Shown here in pieces: positions 37,551 to 50,179 of a stretch of 64,000 nt of DNA. How positions within the stretch are numbered: the stretch's first letter is position 1; every line of letters starts with the position of its first letter. Both the position numbers and the translations under genes were made by a program. A model generated the notes under the pieces. That model did no database searches. It saw only the letters and a program-made list of their open reading frames with translations, and was not told the origin of the DNA. The DNA comes from Nemertoderma westbladi (lineage: Eukaryota; Animalia; Xenacoelomorpha), in assembly GCA_032718475.1 (NCBI GenBank), contig JAUCBJ010000915.1, positions 1 to 64,000 of the forward strand, read 5' to 3'.

Positions 37551-38649
37551 ATGTGTTAAGAGCGATGATAAACACATGTGTACTGTACTGGGCCTTTAAT
37601 GAATTTTGTAGTTATTATTATTTTGAGAGGGAAATTCAAAATCTCCAGGAGGTACTGGAAATGAGTTATCTTACCGGTGTCACAAGGAAATCAGCCCCCC
37701 CTAGAATATGCCCCCCGGGGCATTATTTCCTAGGATATTATGTCCCCCCGGGCAATTTTTCCTAGGAAATTTAGCCCGGGGGGCATTTTCTCCTTAGGAA
37801 ATAATGCCTCCCCTCAGGAAAATTAGCCCCCCTCAAAAGTCTGAAAACTGGTACGATACCGGTCTGCTGGCCCTATTGAAAAGTTTTACATGTACGCCGA
37901 GCACGTTCGGCGCAGCACTAGAACTTGCGCCGGGAGCTGGCGCAGAAATGTGCTACGCCGGGCAATGAGCCGGAAGGGTTGGCGCAGAGATGTGCTACGC
38001 CGGCGTAGCCGGCGGAGCACTGCCAATGGTAGAGATGCTGCGCTCGGCGCAGCAGGCGTCGAAATATTCCCGGCGTCGACGCTGCAGAAATTGACCCGGC
38101 GCCGGAGCAGGAATCAGCCCAGCACACCCGGCGTACATATTTGCCTGGCGCAGAAATCAGCCGAACCTAGCACCAGGCAGACAGTGAGACTGAGACAACA
38201 GACATGCGTTCATCAGACCAACAGCACAGCAACACAATAACAACTGGCATTGCAGGAGGGAGAAAGGAAACTCACACTGCAGCACTGGCTGACTGCAACT
38301 GGTCATTTATTTACGTATTTAACCTTATGCTGTTATGCAGTAGGCAGGTAGGCTATCACAGTTCCAGCTATCAGCTGATCAGTCATTATTGCTATTGGTC
38401 ATAGTCAGATTATTTATTTTACATAATATTGCTGTATTGTATAAGCTATATTTATATTATATTATATTATTTGGATGGAGACACCGCTGTCATAGAAGCG
38501 TATAAATAAAACTGCACATATAATAAAACAGGCAGACAGAATGAAGTTGAATAGTGAATAAAACAAAACGACTTATACTATGGCACTATTGATAATGAAA
38601 CAATTTATTACCGACACACATGTGTAACCATTGGAAATTGAGTTCAATG

Positions 38650-39330
38650 ACTCCAAGTGCAAGGTCATGCATGCATCTAGGTTCTAGAAATCCCCAAGCA
38701 ACTTTTTACACAATGAATGGACGGACACTTTTATCGGCAACCGAGGAACGTGATTTTGGAATTACATTTACACCAGACTTGTCCTTCACAGCATCACAGC
38801 TCACTGCACAAAGACTGCAGCCCGCTCCATGCGAGTCGTACATTTAATACGAAGAACTTTTACATATTTGGAAGCTCCGATGTTTACCCTCTGACCCTGT
38901 TATACAAATCCCTTGTTCGGCCTCTCCTTGAATACAACACAGTTGTTTGTTCGCCATTCCTCCGACATGATAAATATTGAACGTCTTGAACAAGTACAAC
39001 ACCGTGTGGTCACTCGCCTTGTACAGTTGTACTATCGCTGGCTGAGTTGTCATATGAAAACCGACTACTTGCACTCAAACTACCGACATTAATATATTGC
39101 CGTGTACTAGCCGACCTTATAACAACATACAAGTTTATCAACGGGATTAACAAAATTGAGCGAAGTAATTTCTTCCAGTTTCGTTCCTAACTCCACCAAT
39201 GCTAACACGCAACAACTTTGCAGACACCGTTGTAAACATTTGGAATCCTTTACCATTACCGGAAAGTGTTGTTAATGCACGTAATACCCTTGGTACTCAA
39301 TGATTGAGCATATTCAAAAAAAGACTAGAC
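38650..39330 (+). mobile_element. Decayed CR1/L2-type LINE RT C-terminal fragment inside the nested element
   Basis: CMHLG..YTMNG..ERDFGITFTPDLSF, LYKSLVRPLLEY, ADLITTYKFING, VNIWN. Confidence 0.8.
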
Positions 39331-40529
39331 TGCGAAATGTCCCTTAAAATGAATATATAGTGATACTCCTGTGCCCCAAGTGGCAGTAGCGAAAGCGAAA
39401 ACGATTTCTTTATTAAAATCTAGCTACAGTACCTATTATTTTCATTTTTTCAATCCCAAAAAAACATTTTTTTGTGTTAAATTTTAAAATAGAGTTTTTT
39501 ATGTTTAATTGTTTTCCTATCTTTTGTAGTTACTTTACTTTGCGCGCGTTTTATTTCTACAGTAATATTTTACTTATGCGACATACGGTACTACTGTACA
39601 GTACAGTGTACCTGCGGTACCAAATATATGTTCCGTATAACTACGTATTGTTGTGTTGTATCCTATAGTGTATTGTAAACTTGTCCTTATTAATATGTTT
39701 GCCTTTAGTACTGTATGTTGTTGAAGCCCTTGAACCTACTGTAAGTATGCTTTGCCGGTTTTTAATTTAATTTTAGTGTAATTTCATTTTTTTTTATAAT
39801 TAATATGCACCAACTGTACTGTAAGTACTGTAAATAAACTATAATTTTAAATATTTTACTAATTTTACCTGAATACCATTATCCGTATTTTTAGTACAAT
39901 AGTACATACGCTTATTAGCGTACTTTGCCAGATGTGTTCATTTTATTTTAATCTACTGTACGTGTATGTACATATGCAAAAATTAATATTATATTGTTAT
40001 TCTGGCGATATTAATAACATAACATATATACAGCTAGTCATTATTCATTCAGACATACCGTATCTGTAGCATAGACGTATACCAGACCACAGTACGTAGT
40101 ATGTAATAAAGTAGAACGTAGTACATAAATACAAGGACTAGGCCTACACTGAAGTAGTCTTTAATATTCTTTCTATAATTCATATTGTAACATTTGAGTA
40201 ATTTCAAAAAATGTACACTTTACTTGACAACAAAAATTTACATGCAGTGTTTCTTAAGTAGTTGTTTCGTAATGTTACACTTTTGGAATAAAACAACGTA
40301 CCTACTGTACTTGTTGCATTTGTCTTTATTAAGGTTTTCCGTCTCTGTATCCTTATTTTCATTTCACCCACCCACAACTTTCGTTCGTTTACAGGTTTAA
40401 GTAAACTCGGATTTGTGCAGCTGCAGTATTATAGATAACCGAATAAACTACAGGTACTGTACAGTATAACAGGCTGATTTTATGTTTTATACCAGTCAGC
40501 CCGGTGCGGCTTTGAAGAGCCGGTGGAAG

Positions 40530-40780
40530 ATTTTTCACCCGGCGCAGAATTTTGCATTGCACAGAGCCGGCGCAGGATTTTTGCACCTGGCATGGGCGTT
40601 GGTTTGCACAGAGCCGGCGCAGGATTTTTTGCACCCGGCGTGGTTTTGCACAGAGCCGGCGCAGGATTTTTTGCACCCGGCGTGGTTTTGCACAGAGCCG
40701 GTGCAGGATTTTTTGCACCCGGCGTGGTTTTGCTCAGAGCCGGCGCAGGATTTTTGGCACCCGGCGCCGCGTTCGGCGCA
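40530..40780 (+). repeat. 42-bp subterminal tandem repeat
   Basis: GCACAGAGCCGGCGCAGGATTTTTTGCACCCGGCGTGGTTTT, about 5 copies. Confidence 0.9.
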
Positions 40781-41029
40781 GAAAATAAAACTTTTCAATA
40801 GGGTCTGCTGGTAGCCACTTTTAATCTACCAACTGCAGAACTTGTAATAGTTGGAAGAATAGTACGGTACCGGTCTGCCGGTAGGTAAACAGGTAAGGCA
40901 GTAAGGGATGTAGAACAGCATACTGAAGTATCTAAGTCAGTAGGCTACTGTAGTAACTACTGGTATAACAGCAGTGCGAGTGTGTGGTGTTGTGTGGGCG
41001 CCGAGCAGCTCCAAGCTTTTTTAAGTCTT

Positions 41030-41350
41030 TAACCTGCTCCTTTCCCTGATTTGGTAAAGCGATTGTTTATTGTTTTGGTTAGAAAATCCCGCCTCTGTAA
41101 CCTGCTCCTTTCTCTCAATTGGTAATGTTATCGTTTATTGTTTTGGTTAGAAAATCCCGTCTCTGTAACCTGCTCCTTTCCCTGATTTGCTAAAGTGACT
41201 GTTTATTGTTTTGGTTAGAAAATCCCGCCTCTGTAACCTGCTCCTTTCCCTCAATTAGTTAAATGATCGTTTATTGTTTTGGTTAGAAAGGCCTGCCTCT
41301 GTAACCTGCTCCTTTCCTTCATTTGGTAAAGTGAATGTTTATTGTTTTGT
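41030..41350 (+). repeat. 68-bp tandem repeat (~5 copies)
   Basis: GTTTATTGTTTTGGTTAGAAAATCCCGCCTCTGTAACCTGCTCCTTT at ~41065, 41133, 41201 and 41269; single related units at ~47212, 52877, 56643, 58623 and 63621. Confidence 0.9.
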
Positions 41351-43194
41351 ATAATTTTTGTAAGTTTTAGTAGTAATAAGTTTTGTTTATTGTATAATTC
41401 AGGGGGGGCATAATTTCCTAAGGGGGGGCATTTTTTCCTAGGGAAATTTGCCCGGGGGGGCATTTTTTCCTAGGAATATATGCCCCCCCGGGCACATTTC
41501 CCGGGGGGGCATATTTTCCTGTTACACCGGTCGTGAAAAAGACTGAAAAGCTGTACTGCTGTGTACAGTGTACCGGTTCCATGGTTGATATTATATATCA
41601 TATTAATTGTTCGTTATGTAACTGTCAGGGATTCTACCGAATAGGCCTAACCTAATGCAGTAATGGTTATGACTCATCTCCGTGCGTCTTCGGTTGACAG
41701 GTGATCAGCTCGTTGATTCGTATCGGGTTAGAAGCTCTACCCCTAATATATACATTGGTTTAAGGTACTGTTCATCCCATTATTACAAACGAAGCAAGAC
41801 GCTACAACCTTGGGCCAATCTAAATTTACTAATAACAACCTTATATAATAACCCCATGCGGATGTTCGATTTAGTATATAGTTTATCTTAAATTTAGTAA
41901 ATAGTTATAATCTATCTTGTAATATCTATCCTACAGCCGTACTGAGAGCTGGAGAGATTTTCATTTGTGATCGTGTTTTATGTGTTTTGTCAGTGCAAAG
42001 TTGAACTTTAATCCTTTGTTTTTCAGCACTAGGCCTAGTGTTTTTCGATGTACAATATTATTGCATTATTGAGTTTACTTTGTGCCCTCTTCTTCTTTTT
42101 ATTCTTTGTTTACTGTAATATACCCAAGGTGTACCGGTACTAATAATTTAGTACACCTTGAATATACCGTATCCGTGTATAGACTGCCAATTCTGTCTGT
42201 ACGGCCTTATGGGATTGCCGTAATATAGTTTCTAGTGGTAAAGTGATGAATGTTTCTCTTGTAAATATTTATATATCTACTTATAGACTAGTTAAGTAAT
42301 ATTAAATGGTGTATCAGCTTGATAATCCCCTCCTTTACCAATTTATTTATTCAACAAATTTGTCGGCCTTACATACATTGTAATAACTAAACATTTGTAA
42401 TAGTCGAGCGTCTGATTAACGCGGTAACGCATTATAAAGTATTACAAAGAATAAACCCTGCTTGGGCAAACAGCCTCTGGCCTTCCTAATTAAAAGCGTC
42501 TCAGTTCGGCTTCCTTAAAATTAACCGCCGGAAGTTAAATAAATCATTAAATTTCGCTCACTTCCGGTATAATTTAAAATCGCTTTTAATAATCACAAAT
42601 GATATACTGTTGCACCCCATGAAGGGTGTAAATCTGTTTGTGCCTTCTTTACCGGAGCAGTATACCGGTAATTGGTTTTCATAGTTAAACTATACCTTTG
42701 TTATATAAGTACCGGTATAGTACCGGTATATATATATATATATATATATATGCATTGGCCGATAAGGGCCAGTGCGAATATATAACTTTTGAGCATACCC
42801 AACAAACTTGCTTAGATGTAAATGAAATACTAATATGATCCACTAGGGGGCTCTAATTAACAAGTAGTGAGGTATGGCCCTTCCAGAACTTTTTTCCTTC
42901 TAAAATATATTTTGAAATAGCAATAAATACCACGATGTTCCACGCAGTGGTGGAAGAAAATAATTGACACAATGGCACTAATTATAGAGTTTTCTTTAAA
43001 AAAAAAATATAGGTAGAATATTGACGCCGAAACAAGGAAAAGTGACGAGAAACAGAAGTGCAAAAATGCAGAATCTGATAATTACATATGTTTCTACTCA
43101 ACGAATTTCCCTGAAATAAATTGAACAGCAATAATTTTTGATTCATGAATAATTATTATAGCTTTTGTTGGGCACAGCTTAGCAAAGACAAGAA

Positions 43195-43260
43195 TGACGT
43201 CCAGATGGGATCGAAGTGGTGACCGCCAGTTTGGCGCTCTTACCATTCCGCTAGCGGCTC
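43195..43260 (-). other. tRNA-derived (Pol III A/B box) segment within a small inverted-repeat element
   Basis: Minus strand GAGCCGCTAGCGGAATGGTAAGAGCGC..CTTCGATCCC: A box TAGCGGAATGG and B-box-like TTCGATCC; not a complete cloverleaf. Confidence 0.5.
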
Positions 43261-44069
43261 AGGCCAAAAAAAAAGGTAGACCTTGAAATACTACCGAATA
43301 TACCTAGCTCCCATCTGTCAAACCATATCTGCAGCCACTATATTCAATTCTTTGTTATTATGTGTTTTGCCGTCTCTTGTACTTCACTAAGCTGTGCCAA
43401 ACGGAAGGTGTTTAATAATTTGCACAAATACAACATGAATACACATGAATAATTATGGAAATTTGATTCATTTAGCGGCCACTACAGTTTAACATAACAA
43501 GACATAGTTTGAAACCTAAAAAACATGGAAATATACTTTAGGATTGTAATGTTGCATGCTATTTAAGGTATGTATGGTATGGTAATAACTATGCTTGGCA
43601 TGGTATCGTCCAACCCTTAGTCTTAGGGCATGCTACAGTTTATGTTTGGTTTGCTGATATAAGATGTATGCTATGCATGCTATGTTAACTAACTGTAGAT
43701 GTTATGTTAGGTATGTATCCTATCATTTCACGACTACTAGAAACGATATTCTAGCGACAGGAATATAATCCATTAGCAGTTAGTATTGAAAACACTTCCC
43801 CCTTACAAATTCTGTATGTGCTATATTATTATAGCCATTATTTATGTGCCTCTATAAATTTCATTATTATTCTATATCTATAATATTGTTATAGGGCCTA
43901 TTCTATATTTGTCATTGTCTCGACCAGCTGAATTATTATATAGTTATGCATTATGTTATGTTATGTATGTATGCTATGGTAATATACTATGCTATGCTAT
44001 GCTATGATATGACATTTCCTTCATTGGGTGTATCCAATGGGAGATTTGTCTTGAAGGAACCAGACCAAT

Positions 44070-45055
44070 TTAAATGGCCCTTAGGAACAGTGTCTACTGA
44101 GGGCCATTTTACATTTAAGTGTCTCCAATGAGACATTGTCTTGAATGGGCCACTTTAACTTTAACTTTTAACCCTTTTTTACACCTTTAACCCTATTCAT
44201 ACCGGAAATAATAATACAAAATTAACTCTTATTATTGTGCCTAAATTCACATTTTTAGGTTTTCTGGGGCGCTGATTATATAAGGGAAATATTCCAATTT
44301 CTTGGGAAGTTTTTTTTATTATTATATATTTATAATTTTGTTATTAGTTTTGTTTAGTATTAATTTTGAACACACCTCCGAAAAATACAATTTGAAATGT
44401 CTAAAGCCGTTTTCATTTATTCCAATGAATTCAGAACCAACGTAAAACACATGTAATGCGAGAAACAAGATGTAGAAATCAATTCGTATGTATTGCCATC
44501 TAGGGCCATTTTAGATTTAAGTGGCTCAAATGAGACATTGTCTTAAAGGGGCCACTTCCTTATAAATGACCTTTACGAACATTGTCTACTGAGGGCCATT
44601 TTACATTTAAGTGGCTCAAATGAGACATTGTCTTAAATGGGCCACTTCCTTTTAAATGGCCCTTACAAACATTGTCTACTGAGGGCCATTTTACATTTAA
44701 ATGGCTCAAATGAGACCTTGTCTTAAATGGGCCACTTCTTTATAAATGACCTTTACGAACATTGTCTACTGGGTGCCATTTTACATTTAAGTGGCTGAAA
44801 TGAGACATTGTCTTAAATGGGCCACTTCCTTTTAAATGGCCCTTACGAACATTGTCTACTGGGTGCCATTTTACATTTAAGTGGCTCAAATGAGACATTG
44901 TCTTAAATGGGCCACTTCCTTTTAAATGGCCCTTACGAACATTGTCTCCTCACTACTGAGGGCTATTTTATATTTAAGTGGCTCAAATTGGACAATGTCA
45001 TGAATGGGCCACTTCCTTTTAAATGGCCCTTAGGAACTTTGTCTAATGAGGGCCA
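44070..45055 (+). repeat. 90-bp minisatellite (two related ~45-bp halves), interrupted at ~44160-44500
   Basis: ATTGTCTACT at 44581, 44671, 44761, 44851 (variant at 44941); unit GAGGGCCATTTTACATTTAAGTGGCTCAAATGAGACATTGTCTTAAATGGGCCACTTCCTT.. Confidence 0.9.
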
Positions 45056-45386
45056 CAATCATTAATATAGGAATTGAATTGCCGTAATACAATAGGTTAC
45101 TTTAGGTAGTTAACAACCCCCCCCCCCCCCCCCCCCCCCCCCCACAAGCGTGAGCGCAACCAATTTGACTGAGGTGGAACCTGACAAAGACAAAACTTTC
45201 ACCCCTTTGCAAATCCCCTAGTTTCTAATACAAAAACATTCCTTGATTTTTAAGAAATAAAATATAAAAATATAAAAAATGGCCCTAAATTTACAAAATT
45301 ACATTCCTAAACTACACTCAGAGGTGTGACGCTGAATATGGCTTCTACTAAAAAGGCCTGTGCTCCACTGGTAACTCATGAGGTTA

Positions 45387-45974
45387 GCACGAACTTAGTT
45401 CCAATCGCACATTTTCAAAGGCGAACTTATGTAGTTCCAATTGAAACGCATTTAGTTCCAAAATAAATTTTACAAAGCGAACTTAGTTCCAATCGAGGCG
45501 AACTTAGTTCCAATCACAGAATATCAAAACGAACTTAGTTCCAATGGAAGCGAATTTAGTTCCAATGCATGCGAATTTAGTTCCAATGGGTACGAACTTA
45601 GTTCCAATGTTTCAATCGTGGGGATAGCCACGTGTGTAGCACGAACTTAGTTCCAATCGCACATTTTCAAAGGCGAACTTAGTTCCAATTGAAACGAATT
45701 TAGTTCCAAAATAAATTTTACAAAGCGAACTTAGTTCCAATCGAGGCGAACTTAGTTCCAATCCCAGAATATCAAAACGAATTTAGTTCCAATGAAAGCG
45801 AATTTAGTTCCAATGGGTACGAACTTTTTTCTCTAGTTATTGGAACTAAGTTCGCCTAAATTGGAAATAAATTAGCCAAAATTGGACCTAAATTTGATTC
45901 CATTGGAACTAAATTCTTTTCCATTGGAACTAAATTCGCTTGAGGCTTAAATTTGAACTAAGTACGGGGAATCG
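45387..45974. mobile_element. Internally deleted/rearranged copy of the 7787-9644 foldback family
   Basis: GAACTTAGTTCCAAT arrays matching the inverse of 8505-8785 (duplicated); ends with the family terminus CTAAGTACGGGGAATCG. Confidence 0.85.
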
Positions 45975-47413
45975 TAATTGCCAATTGCCAAATTATATTT
46001 TCCAATTGGCTGCAATATATTTACTGTAAATCTAAAAGGCCATTTTATATAATTTTGATATTTTGATAGAGCCACTGTTAATAAATTTAATGTAATTTAA
46101 CTGTACAATATGAACTCAATCTGTCTGCCAGTCTATTTCTGCCAATAGACATCAATAAAATTAATTTATGAATTTAGGGCCATATTTTATATTTTGATAT
46201 TATAAAGGGGCCACTGTTAATAAATTTAATATAATTAACTGTAGATTATGAACTCAATCTAACATGGGTGTATTTTCCTAGGAAGGCCATTTAATATATT
46301 TGTTTTAGGTTTTAGGGCCATTTCATATCTCTGTATTTCTAATTCAGGGCATATTCTAAGGAAATCTTGATATCGCACTTCACTTGGGATTTCACTTCAT
46401 GATGGCTGGGCACTTCAGTGGATGTAGACGTATATTTTTTATTATATGATACAATAACTGTTGTTAACAACGGTGGGACTGGGAAGTATGGGAGGGAGTA
46501 ACATCGTCCCCGTGTGTGTCTTTTTTGTGTCTCTTTTTACCTTCGATATTTCGTATTTTATAATCGTTTTGATGTGACACCTGGCAATGATTATATTAAT
46601 AATTAAGGTGCATAATACTAGCTCAGGCACATTTTCCATACAAAAACATTCAGTTTTAATCTCTGTTAAGAAATTTCAGATTATAACAGACTCAGCATAT
46701 TATACGATGTTATCGACGCAGATTCCATTTTTGCCAAATCTAAGGCTGCCTGACTGGATTGTGAGATGGTTAGAGGGGTCTGGATCAAGCCTTTGCACGC
46801 CGGATAGAAATAATTATAGAACATAAGGGAACACACGAGAACACAGTTAGAACATAATTAGAATACACCCCGAACATAGGCTAACACATGCACGCATTGC
46901 ACACATTAATGCACGCCTGTAATATTGTTCTTCCAATGTGACTAAAAAGTGTAGGATTCCTTATACAAGCAGCTACCTCATTTTGATTGATCTAGGATAA
47001 GTGACTACACCTCTTCCGTTGATGCATCCATAGGTCTACGTTTCAATTGACGACAAAAATTATTAGAGTTATTCTTCAAGGATCTTATAATTCTTAATAC
47101 ATCTCCAGATACCTTTTTATCAATTAGAGACAATATTAGGGGTGAGTACAAAATAAAGAACCAAGGCCCAATTAAGTAACCTGCATAATCTTGTAAAATG
47201 TGTTAACTTTCGTTTATTGTTTTGGTTCCGCCAACACGCTTCTGTAACCTGCTCCTTTACTAACTTGCTCCTTTAAATGGCAATGGGACTTAAAGCGACT
47301 TTACCTCTTTGTTTTGTACACTCTAGGGTCTTTGGTCTTAACATTAAAACTATAATTATTGCTAGCCCTAAAATTAGTTAGAATTAAAACCCAATAGCGC
47401 TCAAGGTCTACAT

Positions 47414-50179
47414 TAGGGTGTTACAAAAATCACTTTTTTGCCCCAATTGCTTGGAAACTTCGACATGTTTTGCCATTTTAATGTAGAAGTACAATGCAAA
47501 AAACCGTTTTGAAAAATATTTAGTGGAAGAGGTGTCACACGAGTCACAAAATCTGAGAAATTTAACAAAATATAGCAGTTTTAATTTACCGATAAATCTA
47601 GCGAGAGATGATTGCAATGATCTGAAACTCATGTTATGTAATGCATTTATCATGGGCTTTCCAATAACGTTTTTGGCATTGTGAAATTGACAAGATCAGA
47701 TGTGTCACATTGAGTTTGAAAAATTGAATTTTTTTAAAAAATATAAGAAATTTAACAAAATATAGCAGTTTTAATTTACCGATAAATCTAGCGATAGATG
47801 ATTGCAATGATCTGAAACTCATGTTATGTAATGCATTTATCATGGGCTTTCCAATAACGTTTTTGGCAATGTGAAATTGACAAGATCAGATGTGTCACAT
47901 TGAGTTTGAAAACTTAACTAATTCTATATGGGAATGTGCTGGTCCCCCCTGAGTTAGTTCAACTATTACTGACCTGGCCATCTTTACATTGCCGCGATAC
48001 ACAGTAACTAACCTGTCATAAGCCCCCTCAGAGGCATTGTCATCACCTATAAACGTACTTACCAATTCCTTCAGTTGACCTCTCAACTGTTGGTATAAGT
48101 AGTTGAATTTCTCAGTCGGTGAGAAATCCTGTTGAGCGACATTAGTCTTGATATAGTTGATGAAGGTTCTCCAATGTTTAGATAAACCAGTGAAGTGCGG
48201 AGGATGTAATGGTGGAAGACTGTGTCTCGGACTGAACTTAGAAAACTCCACTGTGATTGAGTTGACCATAGTATTGTCTTCCCTTCCTACCCGTTGATGG
48301 ACATAAGTTGGAATCGGTTCCAACTGATGAGTAGGATAACTTACCTGTGGACGAGTACGCGAATTCGTCCCGTGATAGGTTACCTTCTCACTGACTGGTG
48401 ATCTATAGTCAGTCTCAAACTCTGAGTCTGCCTGAATATTTATAACTGGGCATTCTTGCCTTGTGGTGGTTTAAACTTGGGATGGTCTTCAGGACGTTGG
48501 TACTGTTGTTCCTGTACTCTAAGCTTTTCATTCTCATGTTGAGCTCGTTCTACATTGTCATTGACCTCAGGGATATTACACCTAACATGGTCGAACTCCT
48601 TATCCACCTGCACTTTGACGTACTGAATTCTTTGCTGCACTTCTTGCACAACACCACATACAGTTTGAACTTGTCCCTGCACCTGATGGACTTGTGACTG
48701 AATATGTTGGACTTTACCTTTTTCTATGGATGACTTCATCCCACACCTCCTTATTACCTTCCCTAATTGCTAAATTTAATTGATACATATGGATGTTGGG
48801 CTTACCTGGAGTAGGACTTGGATTAAACCGCTCACTGTCTCGAGCTCCATCCCACTCGGCTTGATCGCCTTCGTTAATCACAAATCTTTATCGAGACTCT
48901 ACTTGAGGTCGTATGGGATTCAAGACAAAGAGTGTTACCTGAGGTGTGGTTGGTTCTAATTGGTGTCTAGGTTCGGGCTCATGGCAACCTCCGGGGTGAC
49001 TTACCTGGTTTCCAGGAGTCCCTGCATCCACTGGGTCCACCCAATCCTTGGCAACCAGTCTATAGATTTATTGCGCATAATGTTGATGTGCTTCTATGGT
49101 GTCGGCTCCATGTATCTCGTTGAAGCGCACAATCGATGGTTCAGGCTGCTGATTAGTTCTTGAGCTCGAGTTCTTGAGCAGTCCGTTGCTGTCGATCCTC
49201 CAATTCATAGGCCTTCTGTTGCGGTTTGGCCGCAGCCAACTGTCTTTGTTGTTCTAGAATTAATGCCTCCTTGTGTTGTTCCATCTCGAGTTTCTTCCTG
49301 GTGATGTCGCGTTGATGAGCCAAATGTTTGTTCTCTTCATTGTCTGCTCACATTGAGTCGGGCTTACCGACTGCCTTCCAGCCTACCGACTTTAGCAGTC
49401 TTCCGACATTGGCAGTTTTCCATCCAAAAATTGGTAGTGGCCTACCGGATCGGTTTAACTGTACGAATTTAACAAAATCACCTATTATTAAATTTGTAAT
49501 TTTAAAATATATGTAATTGTGGAAATGCTGCAATTTAATATTATTGTACTGTTGTTGTTGTAGTAACACACCTTACTGCCCTACTTCAGTACTTTGTTGC
49601 ATGGCCTTTATGAATGAAGCAAAACAAAAGGGTCATGGAGTAACTTAGTAGTAGATGAAGTAGTAGTAGTATAAGTACATAGTACTGGTAAGGAGAGGAA
49701 CACACTCAGTTTTCATACATTTTGATCTTCAATTTTGAAATTGTAGAAATGATAAATGCATTACATAACATGAGTTTCAGATCATTGCAATCATCTATCG
49801 CTAGATTTATCGGTAAATTAAAACTGCTATATTTTGTTAAATTTCTTAGATTTTTTAAAAAAATTCAATTTTTCAAACTCAATGTGACACATCTGATCTT
49901 GTCAATTTCACAATGCCAAAAACGTTATTGGAAAGCCCATGATAAATGCATTACATAACATGAGTTTCAGATCATTGCAATCATCTATCGCTAGATTTAT
50001 CGGTAAATTAAAACTGCTATATTTTGTTAAATTTCTCAGATTTTGTGACTCGTGTGACACCTCTTCCACTAAATATTTTTCAAAACGGTTTTTTGCATTG
50101 CTACTTCTACATTAAAATGGCAAAACATGTCGAAGTTTCCAAGCAATTGGGGCAAAAAAGTGATTTTTGTAACACCCTA
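47414..50179. mobile_element. hAT-like non-autonomous element with ~430-bp TIRs and 8-bp TSD
   Basis: TAGGGTGTTACAAAAATCAC.. / ..GTGATTTTTGTAACACCCTA; TSD GTCTACAT at 47406-47413 and 50180-50187; empty site GGTCTACATTTGTAGACC at ~53066. Confidence 0.92.
47895..49350 (-). pseudogene. Degenerate Bel/Pao gag fragment inside the hAT-like element
   Basis: LPPLHPPHFTGLSKHWRTF..EKFNYLYQQLRG..AYDRLVTVY (DUF1759-like), preceded by coiled-coil-coding segments (48440-48739, ~49150-49345). Confidence 0.75.

Larger units (their letters stand above)
37871..40803. mobile_element. TIR DNA element nested in 37674-41530, 8-bp TSD
   Basis: Perfect 18-bp TIR CCCTATTGAAAAGTTTTA / TAAAACTTTTCAATAGGG; TSD TCTGCTGG at 37863-37870 and 40804-40811; GC-rich CCGGCG/GGCGCAG subterminal repeats. 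Confidence 0.9.
37674..41530. mobile_element. Non-autonomous TIR DNA element (outer of a nested pair)
   Basis: CCGGTGTCACAAGGAAAT..GCCCCCC at left and GGGGGGCATATTTTCCTGTTACACCGG at right; both ends carry CCTAGGAA/CCCCCCGGGG subterminal palindromic repeats; TSD not evident. Confidence 0.75.

Noticed and set aside
40389-40814. Overlapping ORFs in several frames
   Set aside because: By-product of a stop-free 42-bp repeat
43195-43260. Functional tRNA gene
   Set aside because: Acceptor and anticodon stems cannot be formed convincingly
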